Virus record (IMG/VR): IMGVR_UViG_3300009149_000012 | Location: 1 to 64,000 of that record | Source: a virus | DNA: 64,000 nt | Strand: one strand, 5' to 3' | Shown: positions 49,501 to 58,419 of the stretch, piece after piece | How positions within the stretch are numbered: the first letter of the stretch is position 1 | Layout of the letters: every line of letters starts with the position of its first letter | Translations under genes and position numbers: made by a program | The notes under the pieces: generated by a model | What the model was told of the DNA's origin: nothing | The model's input: the letters and a program-made list of their open reading frames with translations, nothing else | Database searches by the model: none

Positions 49501-50555
49501 CAGATACAAGATGCTCCATTGGAGACAACAAGTCCGTTTGAACAGCCTCTGTAGGCAACGCCGTGCAAAATCGTCAACGAAGATGCTGTGGCGCATCGAA
49601 CCAAACACTTGGTTGCGTCCGTCACCCCTTGTAGCTCAAGACCACCGAGGTAACTGCCACCTGTCATTGTGAACAGGTCTTCCGAGGCGTTGCTGGCGGT
49701 AACCAGAACAGTGTCTGTTCGGTCCGTAGAAGCAACCGCCATGATGCGGATGCCAGCGGGCACCGTCATGGGAGCTTCGGTGTAATTGCCTGGGTATACC
49801 GAGAGTACCCACGGAGTAGACGCGCTTGGAGAGCCGTTGGCTACGATCCAATCCAGGCCAGCTTTGATGCCATTGAAGTTGACATCGCCAGCCGTGCCCA
49901 CCGTTCGGTGCTGCGTGATGATCTGATCGTTGACCCCCATCGAACCCGAGTCAGATCCGTTGGCCTTGAACACATAGTTCTCAGACACACCATTCCCAAG
50001 AATCGAGGCGGTTGTCGAGAACGAAAGGTTGTGCTGGTGGTTTGCAAGAGCAACGCCGGTTCCGCTTCCAGGCTCATTGGACGTACTGACGTCAATTGGG
50101 CTGCCAGTCTCGATGTTGTGCTTGTGATCCTGCCGAGCCGCCGAGCCGCTTGTTCCGATCTGTGCTGCCGCTACCGTAACGTTGACCGGGTTGACCGTCG
50201 CCAGAGGCGTGTTCGTGGCCCCGGTCTCAACCCCTTCAATCTTCAAAGCCAACGCCGCTGGCATGTAGCCAGGGTTCGTCCCTGAAGCTGGCTTCTGAAG
50301 GTCGACCGTTGTCGCAACAGCTACCAGAAACTGAAGGCTCTCGGCCTGGTTCAAGTCGTCGATGCCGTCGTTCAGAACTACATCGCCACTCGTCACCAAA
50401 GCACGAAGTTGGACGTCGTTCTGGATCTCGAAGGTGTAACAGAAGTCCGAAAGAATCAGCGTCCCGCTTGCCGGGAGCACAGCACCAGCGCCGAGTTTGG
50501 TAAGGACGATGGGCGAAGCGGTCTGGTTGACCGCAATCATAGTTGGAGATCCCAT
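46551..50555 (-). CDS. Large tail fibre or tailspike
   Basis: 1334 aa; AARQDHKH/SRSDHQH fibre repeats, beta-helix-like region (VYPGNYTE), C1q-like C-terminal modules. Confidence 0.7.
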   Translation of the reverse strand: MGSPTMIAVNQTASPIVLTKLGAGAVLPASGTLILSDFCYTFEIQNDVQLRALVTSGDVVLNDGIDDLNQAESLQFLVAVATTVDLQKPASGTNPGYMPAALALKIEGVETGATNTPLATVNPVNVTVAAAQIGTSGSAARQDHKHNIETGSPIDVSTSNEPGSGTGVALANHQHNLSFSTTASILGNGVSENYVFKANGSDSGSMGVNDQIITQHRTVGTAGDVNFNGIKAGLDWIVANGSPSASTPWVLSVYPGNYTEAPMTVPAGIRIMAVASTDRTDTVLVTASNASEDLFTMTGGSYLGGLELQGVTDATKCLVRCATASSLTILHGVAYRGCSNGLVVSNGASCICTNPAINIDGVGIGVTTGLTVTGSGSYLGISGGFFSVPSAVLPAYATNPVQTVFRVADSARFTIVGATASVAYKTNDATVLYADGGSSCTVMSCEVRDSGIGTYIGSSGTGTTIVAQAGVWVGNYLNGKSDSATGVFLVSASSGSLGFQAVPGTVLSGLIQVISEAYTYIAGNAGYQFVTQKVCDFQSFFHDQTSTGLNWGGEVTAATGLNVDVAAGDGWISRHTPYHDSWNVEWDAETDVALTASATNYIVYDSASDAIIAQTGAPSTLQILLATVVTDATSIRFLHQTRNLVHDQQHLLNNYLIQTRKIAWTSGLAVVEGSTATQFDVSTGAWYRGLDTINVTGDTDVTFSYFYGSNGATEVTSQTDLSTTQYDSSGTLTNMTSGYFRADTLIVTSDGRFSVIYGTAEFATSVLAQDTANKATIPTFMSDTGCYAALIVVEEGVGIDTIVDIRPDPNAATAGGGGGGGSGDHSSLTNLDKPTDHTWAFLVDGTRAMSGDIDMGGNDIGNVATVDGVNVSAHASRHAPGNSDPLSTAVPDAVLVGATAAEGTNSSFSRSDHQHGIGTGTPGAVGQANAAGTSSSAPRLDHTHAGLGRGNNDWIPFTEKTSLTNEDILILEDSAASFAKRRVKVSNLPGALSTLAVTQARRTTTLTMATTWQTLSFDTTDVQTDSGIVEHETSINPSRITVKEAGTYEVKYQFEVAPTSTGEFDGRVLKNGATVIPGSNQGSITYTNESDIISISTQTVLAVNDYLEVQNQLTTAGTMATNATFSVLKLDGATGPTGSGSTLIIRSGGTNVTDTPHSALNFATPDFTVTNDGSGQATVSLAAVSTTDVKMFDVSKATSQTLTATATNVTFNATPNVTHAATFSWDGIDEVTILQAGYVSVSAGTTVQQTAGNGRSTSAIRLDYQPNAGVYATQTVRSMYTRNSTDGAYSSTQLTKNFQVAVGDKFRIQALVTTTGTVVLLANMTDFSLTWAPS

Positions 50556-51349
50556 CAGATCCTCCGTTTCAGCAAGGCTGTAATCTGAACGTCAGTGGTC
50601 GTGTTGCCGGTCGAAAGGTTTCGGAACTGTAAAAGTCCCTCATTGAAGTCTGCGTTCACAGACCAATTGTAAACCGGCCCTGCCACCCCAGAAGCCAAGG
50701 TAGCGACCACCGACCCACCAACGAGAACTTCCAAAGTGGCGGCGTCTGAATCCACCCGAGTCCAAGCGATCCCTACAAGGGTGCCCTTTGGCACGGGGTA
50801 GCCGATGTTTGTCCCGCCTGGGAGCCCATCCATGAACCGATAGTAGGACCCTGCCAAAGTCAAACCGTCTCGACCTGCATGACACGTTTGCTGAGCGATG
50901 CTGAGCCACTTGGTACGACCCCCGTCGTACTGCATCATCTCGTGCAAGACGGTGTTGAAGTACAAGTCCCCATCGGTCGGGGTTGGCGAGGATGGGTCCG
51001 TCGCTGAGGTGCCCCAAAACCGGGAGCCGTTGACGCTGATCGGATGGCTGAAAACGAAAGCGGCCTCGCTCTCATCCCACAAAACGGATGGAAGTGTCGG
51101 GTCGCCGTTGTTGAAGTACAGATACTTGTCACCCGCAGAACCATTTCCAATCGAAAACGTGTTCGAACTCGTCCCCGTGTCGGTGTTCTGAAGGTGAAGC
51201 CCCTTCGTGACGCCCTCATCCCGAAACTGAAAGCCAGTGCCGGTGATGTATCGAACCGTTCCATTTACAGTAGGCGATACCGTATCCGGATCAAGGATGA
51301 GCCCCTCATCCTCTCGCTCACCTGGGAATCGGTCGGGGGTCCGAGCCAT
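50555..51349 (-). CDS. Tail-fibre-associated protein
   Basis: PSSPTPTDGDLYFNT...YDGGRTKWLS. Confidence 0.6.
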   Translation of the reverse strand: MARTPDRFPGEREDEGLILDPDTVSPTVNGTVRYITGTGFQFRDEGVTKGLHLQNTDTGTSSNTFSIGNGSAGDKYLYFNNGDPTLPSVLWDESEAAFVFSHPISVNGSRFWGTSATDPSSPTPTDGDLYFNTVLHEMMQYDGGRTKWLSIAQQTCHAGRDGLTLAGSYYRFMDGLPGGTNIGYPVPKGTLVGIAWTRVDSDAATLEVLVGGSVVATLASGVAGPVYNWSVNADFNEGLLQFRNLSTGNTTTDVQITALLKRRI

Positions 51350-51837
51350 TAGTCACCCTGGTTCTCCATGACTTCACGAATCGGGAGGGGTCGACCACCC
51401 TCATCCGTCTCGTCTCGATCGTGGTCGTTGGCTCGCCGCAGACCCTTGGCAGCTTCCTGCTTGAACAGGGTTTCACAGAGATTCGCTGAGCGCTTGATCC
51501 CCTCGATGATCCCGTCTTGCTTCGCATGTTCCGTGTTGTTGATCTGGGCAGACTCCAGGATCGAAGCACGAGCCGCCGCCAACCAATGCAGGATGGGCTT
51601 GGCGTCTTCCCCCGTAAAGTCGTTTTCCTCATCGTCGATCTTGGTCTGCACTTCTTGCATGACCTTATGCACAAGGGCAGCGGCCGACGTCATGCCGCTG
51701 ATAACTCCCTTGCGCACGAGTAGATCACGCTTCACGGGCTCCATAGCCTGTTCGATGTGCAACCCGACGCCGTTGATTGTCTTCAGACGAATTTCCATCT
51801 TCGGGTCTTGTTCGACCTTCTCATTTACATCTTCCAT
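51349..51837 (-). CDS. Hypothetical helical protein
   Basis: 162-aa ORF, translationally coupled. Confidence 0.6.
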   Translation of the reverse strand: MEDVNEKVEQDPKMEIRLKTINGVGLHIEQAMEPVKRDLLVRKGVISGMTSAAALVHKVMQEVQTKIDDEENDFTGEDAKPILHWLAAARASILESAQINNTEHAKQDGIIEGIKRSANLCETLFKQEAAKGLRRANDHDRDETDEGGRPLPIREVMENQGD

Positions 51838-51853
51838 ATTTTACCGCCTGCTA

Positions 51854-53383
51854 TCAGCCGGACTTCCAGGACAGGGCGATGAACACGTCACCGCTCTTGA
51901 CACCCTTGGGGAAGTCGACCTTGATGTCGCCGCTTGCCGGTGTGTCACCAGCATACACGTCGTTGTTCGTGGTTCCGTTACCACCAATGAGGACCCGACC
52001 GTTGAGGATGATGATTGTATCCACACCCGTTGGGGTGTTCATGTCGATGCTGCGAGTCGACAGATCGAGCGCCGGGGACCAACCACCGGGGATGTTCGCA
52101 TCCTGAGCGTAGTTCGAACCCAATGTCTCGATGAAGATGTCCAGGTCGGCCGAAGTGATGGCCGAACGAATGGCTGCCGAGATCGAGGTGTAGGGTCCAC
52201 CCGGAAGGGCGCTGATCGCACCGGCCGTTGCATCCGTGAAGGGCAACGCTGTCGTTTCCCGAGTATCTCGGTAGGTGACTTCGCCGCTGTTCGAATGCAG
52301 GGCGACGTTGCCGGTCGTACCACGAAGGGTGATGCCGGTGGCATCAATCTGACCCGCTGTCGAACCGACGTTGATGGTCGTGCCGCCCGTGTCGAACTGA
52401 GCGCCGTCGTTGAACTCGGCATCCTGCGTAGTGTTGACGAAGAACCGATCCGTATCGAACTGAATCAGGTCGCCAAGCGTGTCGTCACGAGTGAACGTGG
52501 CGAAAGCTGCACCATTGCGCTGAACCAGGAAGTCTGTTCCGTCGTCGGACAGGTTGAAGGTCAGGTCACCTTCGGATGTCTGCACGGTGATGGTGTTTCC
52601 AGCGATGTACGCTTGATTCAACGTCGTGGTGGTTGCCGCCTGCGGATCGCTGAATGCGCCGAACAGGAAGTCCTGTTCGTTCATTGAGTTGAACGCCGCT
52701 CGACTGACGTAGGCGTAGTTGATGCCCTTACCAGCGATGTCAGCCGCTGGGCAAGCTTCCAAGTCGTCACCCGCTGCGTTCTGACGAACGAACGAGATCT
52801 GAGCCTGAGCGGTGGTGTCGTTGAAGGTAGTTCCGTCGACAACGCCGTTTTCGGCCTGAAGCAAGCCGTAGACCTCTCGACCGCTCGACAGGATGGGGTC
52901 GAACGTCGTCGAATCCCGGATGACGAGCAAGTTCTTCGGACTGATGTTGTTCAGACCTGAAACCTCATTGAGGCTGTGGCTGCCAACGTCGCCTGCCAAG
53001 GTGGCGCAAACGGCACCCAAGGCGCTGCCTGCGTCGACCGCCGCCGTCTCGCTCGGCGTCTCAGAGCTTGCCGCCACGAGCACGACCCAGTTCTGGAGGG
53101 CCGGAACGGAAACGTCAGTCAGAACCGTGTAGCGACGCAGAAGGGTCTTGAAGTAGACATCGTCCGTGAGGGTCTTCAGGTTTCGAGGATCGGTTGAGCC
53201 GTCCTGGACCGGGTCAAACCAGTTGGTCTCACCAATAATCTTGTTGAACTGAGAGAGCATACCTCCCAGGAAATCTTCGTGGTCGACCGCAGAAGCCTCA
53301 ATTCCTTGAATCTGCGCAGCGGTCAGGGTGTCGTCGAAGAGATCCGACTTTCGGATCTGGTACAATCGGATGTAGGTTGACAT
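51854..53383 (-). CDS. Virion structural protein
   Basis: 509 aa, Thr/Asp/Gly-rich; TLNQAYIAGNTI motif. Confidence 0.65.
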   Translation of the reverse strand: MSTYIRLYQIRKSDLFDDTLTAAQIQGIEASAVDHEDFLGGMLSQFNKIIGETNWFDPVQDGSTDPRNLKTLTDDVYFKTLLRRYTVLTDVSVPALQNWVVLVAASSETPSETAAVDAGSALGAVCATLAGDVGSHSLNEVSGLNNISPKNLLVIRDSTTFDPILSSGREVYGLLQAENGVVDGTTFNDTTAQAQISFVRQNAAGDDLEACPAADIAGKGINYAYVSRAAFNSMNEQDFLFGAFSDPQAATTTTLNQAYIAGNTITVQTSEGDLTFNLSDDGTDFLVQRNGAAFATFTRDDTLGDLIQFDTDRFFVNTTQDAEFNDGAQFDTGGTTINVGSTAGQIDATGITLRGTTGNVALHSNSGEVTYRDTRETTALPFTDATAGAISALPGGPYTSISAAIRSAITSADLDIFIETLGSNYAQDANIPGGWSPALDLSTRSIDMNTPTGVDTIIILNGRVLIGGNGTTNNDVYAGDTPASGDIKVDFPKGVKSGDVFIALSWKSG

Positions 53384-53428
53384 CGCACTACCTTTCTGGG
53401 CTCACCATGGGCTTTTTCATAAGTTCAT

Positions 53429-53752
53429 TCACGACCCAACGATGACGTAATCCGCCAATAGAGAGTCGTCTGGGTAAGGGGCTCGACTTAGCATCACCGT
53501 GTCGAACCCGGTGCCCACCCCCCCACTCTCAAAAACCAAGTAGTCTTCCAAGAATGTCTGCCGCACGCCGTTGTAAAAAACGCATACGGTCAGGTAGGGA
53601 AGCTCATGAACGAATTTCTTGCCCGCTGGGATCTGGAAAGTCGTGTTGACGGCATCCTTGACTCCAACCAACTCCTGCCCAGTTCGGAAGCGATCGGCGG
53701 CGATGAACGTCGCCAACGCCTCCTGCATACTGAACGGATTGATAGGGTACAC
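53429..53752 (-). CDS. Small virion module protein
   Basis: LVGVKDAVNTTF...VFYNGVRQ...DY...APYPDDSLLADY; the start may be TTG at 53716 after GGAGG. Confidence 0.6.
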   Translation of the reverse strand: MYPINPFSMQEALATFIAADRFRTGQELVGVKDAVNTTFQIPAGKKFVHELPYLTVCVFYNGVRQTFLEDYLVFESGGVGTGFDTVMLSRAPYPDDSLLADYVIVGS

Positions 53753-53761
53753 GTGATGCCC

Positions 53762-54394
53762 CTAGACGGCTTGTGTCATGATGGCCGAGAACGCACAAGC
53801 CGCACCACCCCCACGAACCCAAATCGAAGGTGCGCCCGCAACAACCGGCAGATTCAGTTCCTGTGCGGTTGGAAGCTCGTACTCTGGACCGTTCGCATCT
53901 GTCGCAATGAACAGACTTACGATATCGTTGTTGCGGAGCGTGATGGCGAACATGGCGGCGGGCAGATCGATCTGTTGTGAGCCCGTGATGGTCAAAGCGC
54001 TGGGAGCCGACCCGGCGATCGTGATGGGCATGTTGCCCATCATGGTAGCGAATGGGAGCACGAGAGCGGGCGCTGAGGGAACTTGCTCAACGCCACCAAT
54101 CACTGGCACCCCGATCATCCAAAACGCCGTTGTGTCTGGGATCGTGAAGGATGCTGGGTCGAATACGATCCGACAGTAGCGCTCCCCAATATTCAAAACC
54201 CCCAACTTGCGGTAGTCGACGTTCGGGTCCTTCCAGCCACCCGGGAGCGCCGTCGTGATCGTCACAAAAGCTGCCGGGAGGATATCGAAGTTGGTTCCCC
54301 ACTTGAGACGGTACTGAGTAGCCCCCGTCCGATACATCAAAACATCGAGGATGTTGGGGACTCTACGGTTTACAGTGAACGTTCGTGCAGCCAT
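53762..54394 (-). CDS. Hypothetical structural protein
   Basis: 210-aa ORF within the operon. Confidence 0.6.
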   Translation of the reverse strand: MAARTFTVNRRVPNILDVLMYRTGATQYRLKWGTNFDILPAAFVTITTALPGGWKDPNVDYRKLGVLNIGERYCRIVFDPASFTIPDTTAFWMIGVPVIGGVEQVPSAPALVLPFATMMGNMPITIAGSAPSALTITGSQQIDLPAAMFAITLRNNDIVSLFIATDANGPEYELPTAQELNLPVVAGAPSIWVRGGGAACAFSAIMTQAV

Positions 54395-54397
54395 TGA

Positions 54398-54796
54398 TCA
54401 CTCCTGAACGACCTTCTCGATGTACGTCGTAGCAGCGGACTCACCAAGGTCTGCCCGAGCCGCTTCCTGGGCTTCCTTCCAGGTGCCTGCCTCTTGCCCT
54501 TTGTAGTTCGGGACAAGTTGGGGCTTGAACACATGGTCCCGCTCCCGCCGTTTCATTTCCTCGGTGCGGGCTTTGCGGTACTGGTGTTCCTTGCCAGCCT
54601 TGGAGACCCAGCCACCTGAAGGGCCGTCCTTGAGGGAGAACTGAACGTCACCCGGACGGAAGTCGAGCGACATGGGGGTCTCGCAGATGCATGGAACGAT
54701 CTTAGCGGCGGCTTTCACCTCTCGGTACTCCGAGAAGGTCATCCGAAGCTCACACATCGTCCCACACTCATCACATCGGAAGCTGTATGTAGGCAC
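54398..54796 (-). CDS. FmdB-family zinc-ribbon protein
   Basis: MPTYSFRCDECG...PCICE. Confidence 0.75.
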   Translation of the reverse strand: MPTYSFRCDECGTMCELRMTFSEYREVKAAAKIVPCICETPMSLDFRPGDVQFSLKDGPSGGWVSKAGKEHQYRKARTEEMKRRERDHVFKPQLVPNYKGQEAGTWKEAQEAARADLGESAATTYIEKVVQE

Positions 54797-55647
54797 TACT
54801 CATCTCCATTTTCATCTGACGCCTGCTTGACCGGGATGCGCCACTTGCGCACCAAGCTCATGGCAGACGCTACGTGTTTGCAGACGCGATTGACTCGATT
54901 GGGATCCCGCACGGTCGGCATTGTAGCAGTCCCCTTGGGTCGTCCGTCGAGATATCCATCGCGTTTGGCGTAGTATTCGGGCCCCTGCCAACGCCAGGCC
55001 GGGCAAGAGCACGCAAAGAACACGTTCATCTTGGACAGATCGACCATCCCCTTCGAGGGGCGCTCGGCCTTCATTCGAACAACCTTGGCTCCGTTGCCAC
55101 AGTTGACCGTGAGGATCCACCGAAGATTCTTGACATCCGCCCGCTTGAGCGACGCCGTGCACTTGCGACTGTTGGTTTCGATCTCTCGATTGAGCCCTCG
55201 ACCCACCTCTGAAAGGGTAACCGCCACCCTCGGTGGGGCCCCCAAGTCCACTTGGACGTCAGGGAGATCTCTCAGAAGCCACATTCCCGCCACATACTCG
55301 CCCATGGACGCGTTGTGGGTATTCGGGTAGCCATCCCGGTAGGGGTACTTGGTCTTGGGCGTCACATCCTTGCCCCCGGGCTCCCAGCGGGGCTTGAACT
55401 TGCTGTGGTCCCGCTCGTCTTGAGGGGTTGTATTCTGATCCTTCGTCAGATCGTTAGGTCCGTCCACCTTGTGGATCGACTCATCGTTGTTCTCAGGCTC
55501 TCGGATGTCGTCGACCGGCTTGGCGTAGGTTTTCTCCCCTGGAATGCTCTCATCCAAGGGCAAACCCTTCCGTGCAGGATCCCCTTGAGGGAGTCCCGAT
55601 TCCGAATGAACCCCATAAGGGGGACGAAGGACCAGGGGTTGCGTCAT
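54796..55647 (-). CDS. SWIM zinc-finger protein
   Basis: FACSCPAWRWQG...VCKHV; ATGA overlap start at 55647. Confidence 0.7.
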   Translation of the reverse strand: MTQPLVLRPPYGVHSESGLPQGDPARKGLPLDESIPGEKTYAKPVDDIREPENNDESIHKVDGPNDLTKDQNTTPQDERDHSKFKPRWEPGGKDVTPKTKYPYRDGYPNTHNASMGEYVAGMWLLRDLPDVQVDLGAPPRVAVTLSEVGRGLNREIETNSRKCTASLKRADVKNLRWILTVNCGNGAKVVRMKAERPSKGMVDLSKMNVFFACSCPAWRWQGPEYYAKRDGYLDGRPKGTATMPTVRDPNRVNRVCKHVASAMSLVRKWRIPVKQASDENGDE

Positions 55648-56507
55648 ACCTTCCAAGCTGACTTGAACTTGTCCCTGTTCTTGTCGTTTTCGGACTTCCA
55701 CTTGGCCGCATCCTCCGGGGACATGTCCTTGGTGGGGTCGACGGACTTGCCCTTTTCGTGGCGGGACTCTTTGTCCTCTTCCGCCGTCTCTGACGCAGTG
55801 CGCCATTCCTTTGCCAACATATCGTCGACTTGCTTTGAAGCCGTGCGCATGAGGGCGATGGAATCGAGAACCTTGCCAATCGTGTTGAGTTGGAGCTTGT
55901 AAAGCTCTGGGCTCTCGGTTCGACGAACCTTGTTGAAGGCGTTGTGAGCCTTGCCAGCGACATCTTCGAGGCGCTTGGCGACGACATGGATGGTCCGCTG
56001 CAACGCCTGGTATTCGCCTTGAGTCGATACGGCGACCTTCGGAGAAGGGGCCAACGAACTCATGATCTCGGTGACCTGGGCGACGACTTCATTCGGCGAA
56101 ACCGGCGTGTCTGATTCCAGATTGGCAGCGATAGCGTGAAGCTTGGCAGCGGTGTCTTTGGTCGTGGGCATTGGGTTTCCTCGACGACGGAGCAAGCGTA
56201 GTCGAGCTTCCTCCATGACTTGTTCCAAGTCCTCGACCTTCTCAGGCTTGAGAACCAGTTTCAACTCTTCGTAGTCCATCTTCGACGCAGCCAAGGCTGT
56301 GGCTTGGAGAGACTTTTCAAGCAAAAATAGAGTTTTGGGGATTCCCTCAATGAGATGGCCTGCCACCTCAATAAAGTGATCCCGTGCGGGAGACTTGGCG
56401 ATGAGCTTGGTTGCCTGATCAACGTATCGTTTCAGTTAATCGCAACGCAAACGGGCATCCGACAACTCTTCCATGAGGTAGAGGGTCAACCCGGCATCCT
56501 TGTCCAC
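55644..56507 (-). pseudogene. Gene interrupted by one in-frame TAA (codon 24)
   Basis: AAAGGAG RBS and GTG at 56507 read DKDAGLTLYLMEELSDARLRCD*LKRYVDQATKLIAK and continue in frame into ORF 55644..56366. Confidence 0.6.
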
Positions 56508-56586
56508 GGCGAAGTCTCCTTTGCAAGAGCACGCCGAACAAGTAGAAAACGAACCGGGAGCTAGTCGGGGTGCGTCAGGGGTCGAT

Positions 56587-57699
56587 CTAGAATACTTCGG
56601 GGAAGTCGCGCTTGATCGCAGCCTTCATGTCGTCAGACTCGGCTGCGAATGCTGCACGAATGACTTGGGGCTGATCTTCGAAGTCGAGCGACAACCGAGC
56701 GAGGCGCTTACGAGGGGGGGCATTGAAATCGTAGGCGGGCGGGAAATCCGGGCAAACCATCTTGGCGACCATGACCTTGTGGTCCATGGCTGCGCCTGTG
56801 GGAAGGGCCGATGCGGGCGCCGGCTGAACCGCCTGTGCGGCATCACGCTTTGGGCCGTTCGTCTGTTGGAACGTGATTCCCTCGGATGACACAACCTGGG
56901 TTGGCGCCACACCACCGGTTCCGCCCAAGTCGGTAATGGCGGTTCCACCACCAACGGACGGGGTCAGGGCAATGCCTTCCCTCGACACTGGGGCGGCTTT
57001 CTTGACGGTGCCCACGACCACAGGCTCCTGTGCGTCAACAACCGTCGGCTCCACGTACTGGGAACGCAGTGCGGCTTTCTTGGCGAGGTACTCATCCCGC
57101 TGCTCAGCGGGCATGGCAGCGAGCATCTCGGCTTCCGAGCGTCCTTGGCCAGGGTCGATCGTGACCTTGGTCTGACGCATGGCAGCGCTCAAGGTGTTGT
57201 CCGTCACCTCGATGTTTTGAACGGCAGAAGTCTTGATTGTTCGAACCGGGATTCCATCTTGAGCTTCAACCTCGACAGGCATGCCCTGCGAGTTGATGAA
57301 ACTGCCACCACGGCGTGCCGCTGCCGTCTCCCCAACCTTCTGGACATGCCCGCTCCGGGTGCCGACGATCCGCTCGTCCTCTTCCACCGTATCAATCCCC
57401 ATCTTCGTCGGGGGCTGGTTGGGGTTGCCGTGGATAGTCGGATGCCGAACCTGAATCCCGGCTGACTGAGGCTGGACAGGGGGCAAGCCGGAAGCATACT
57501 CCTCGAAGGGAACGATCCAACCAGTCCTCGCAGCGCCTCGAAGTCCAACACACGGCATCGACTGGCCGTTGATGGTGGCGTTCGTACCGTCGAACTCTAG
57601 CTCCATCCCCTCAACAAGCTGCATACCGGTCGTGCCCAAAGTGAAGGAACGACGTGCGACGAACTTGACCGGCGACCCGAATACGAATTTGATCTCCAT
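56587..57699 (-). CDS. Hypothetical protein
   Basis: 370 aa; AAGGAG RBS. Confidence 0.7.
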   Translation of the reverse strand: MEIKFVFGSPVKFVARRSFTLGTTGMQLVEGMELEFDGTNATINGQSMPCVGLRGAARTGWIVPFEEYASGLPPVQPQSAGIQVRHPTIHGNPNQPPTKMGIDTVEEDERIVGTRSGHVQKVGETAAARRGGSFINSQGMPVEVEAQDGIPVRTIKTSAVQNIEVTDNTLSAAMRQTKVTIDPGQGRSEAEMLAAMPAEQRDEYLAKKAALRSQYVEPTVVDAQEPVVVGTVKKAAPVSREGIALTPSVGGGTAITDLGGTGGVAPTQVVSSEGITFQQTNGPKRDAAQAVQPAPASALPTGAAMDHKVMVAKMVCPDFPPAYDFNAPPRKRLARLSLDFEDQPQVIRAAFAAESDDMKAAIKRDFPEVF

Positions 57700-57755
57700 C
57701 CGATTATCTCCTTTTTGGGAACAAGATCCCCATAAGACAAAAGGACATCAATAGA

Positions 57756-58361
57756 TTATTCGTTTTCGGGAGGACTTTCTACAGCGGCTTCCCGTCCCGC
57801 TTCGTATGCTTCCATCTCTGCGGGGCTCATTTGCTTAAGTTGCTCCATTTCATCGGCCGCAATTTGCTCAAGGTCGACTGGGGCTTGGAATTGAGCCAAG
57901 AGTTGTTCTCGATCGGCCTCGAATTGAGCACGCTGTTCCGGGCTCATTTGAGCCAAAACCTCAGCGTCGGCCACTTCCTCATCATAAGTCGGGGTCATGA
58001 CTTCGTTCATGTCGACTTTTTGAGCGAGAAGTTCAGAAGCAAAGTCGAGCCCCCCGATCTGACCTTTCAAGACCTGACTTCGCCCAAGTAAAAAGGCACG
58101 GACACTTTTGCCCAACTCATCGTACGTGTCGTCGAACGATGCGAGCACGCACCACTCATGTTCCTCGACGATGGTGGGTTCACCGTCAATGCCGATGTCA
58201 CCAAACCCCTGGAACACGACCTTGGACGCCCACGAAGATGGGTCCGGGAGATCAGAGATCTGAGGTTCGATTTCGAATTTGACTTTGATAACGGCAACGC
58301 CGGGAAGGCACTTGCCGTAGGCGGTCAACGCATCCGTGATGCCTTGGATCGTGTGGCTCAT
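57756..58361 (-). CDS. Hypothetical acidic protein with short C-terminal repeats
   Basis: LAQMSPEQRAQFEADRE and LKQMSPAEMEAYEAGRE; a similar LAAMPAEQRDEY occurs in 56587..57699. Confidence 0.65.
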   Translation of the reverse strand: MSHTIQGITDALTAYGKCLPGVAVIKVKFEIEPQISDLPDPSSWASKVVFQGFGDIGIDGEPTIVEEHEWCVLASFDDTYDELGKSVRAFLLGRSQVLKGQIGGLDFASELLAQKVDMNEVMTPTYDEEVADAEVLAQMSPEQRAQFEADREQLLAQFQAPVDLEQIAADEMEQLKQMSPAEMEAYEAGREAAVESPPENE

Positions 58362-58419
58362 GGTCCGAGCGTACACGCACGCCAGGTATGGCGTCAACCA
58401 CCTGTAGGGGGGAGGATCT

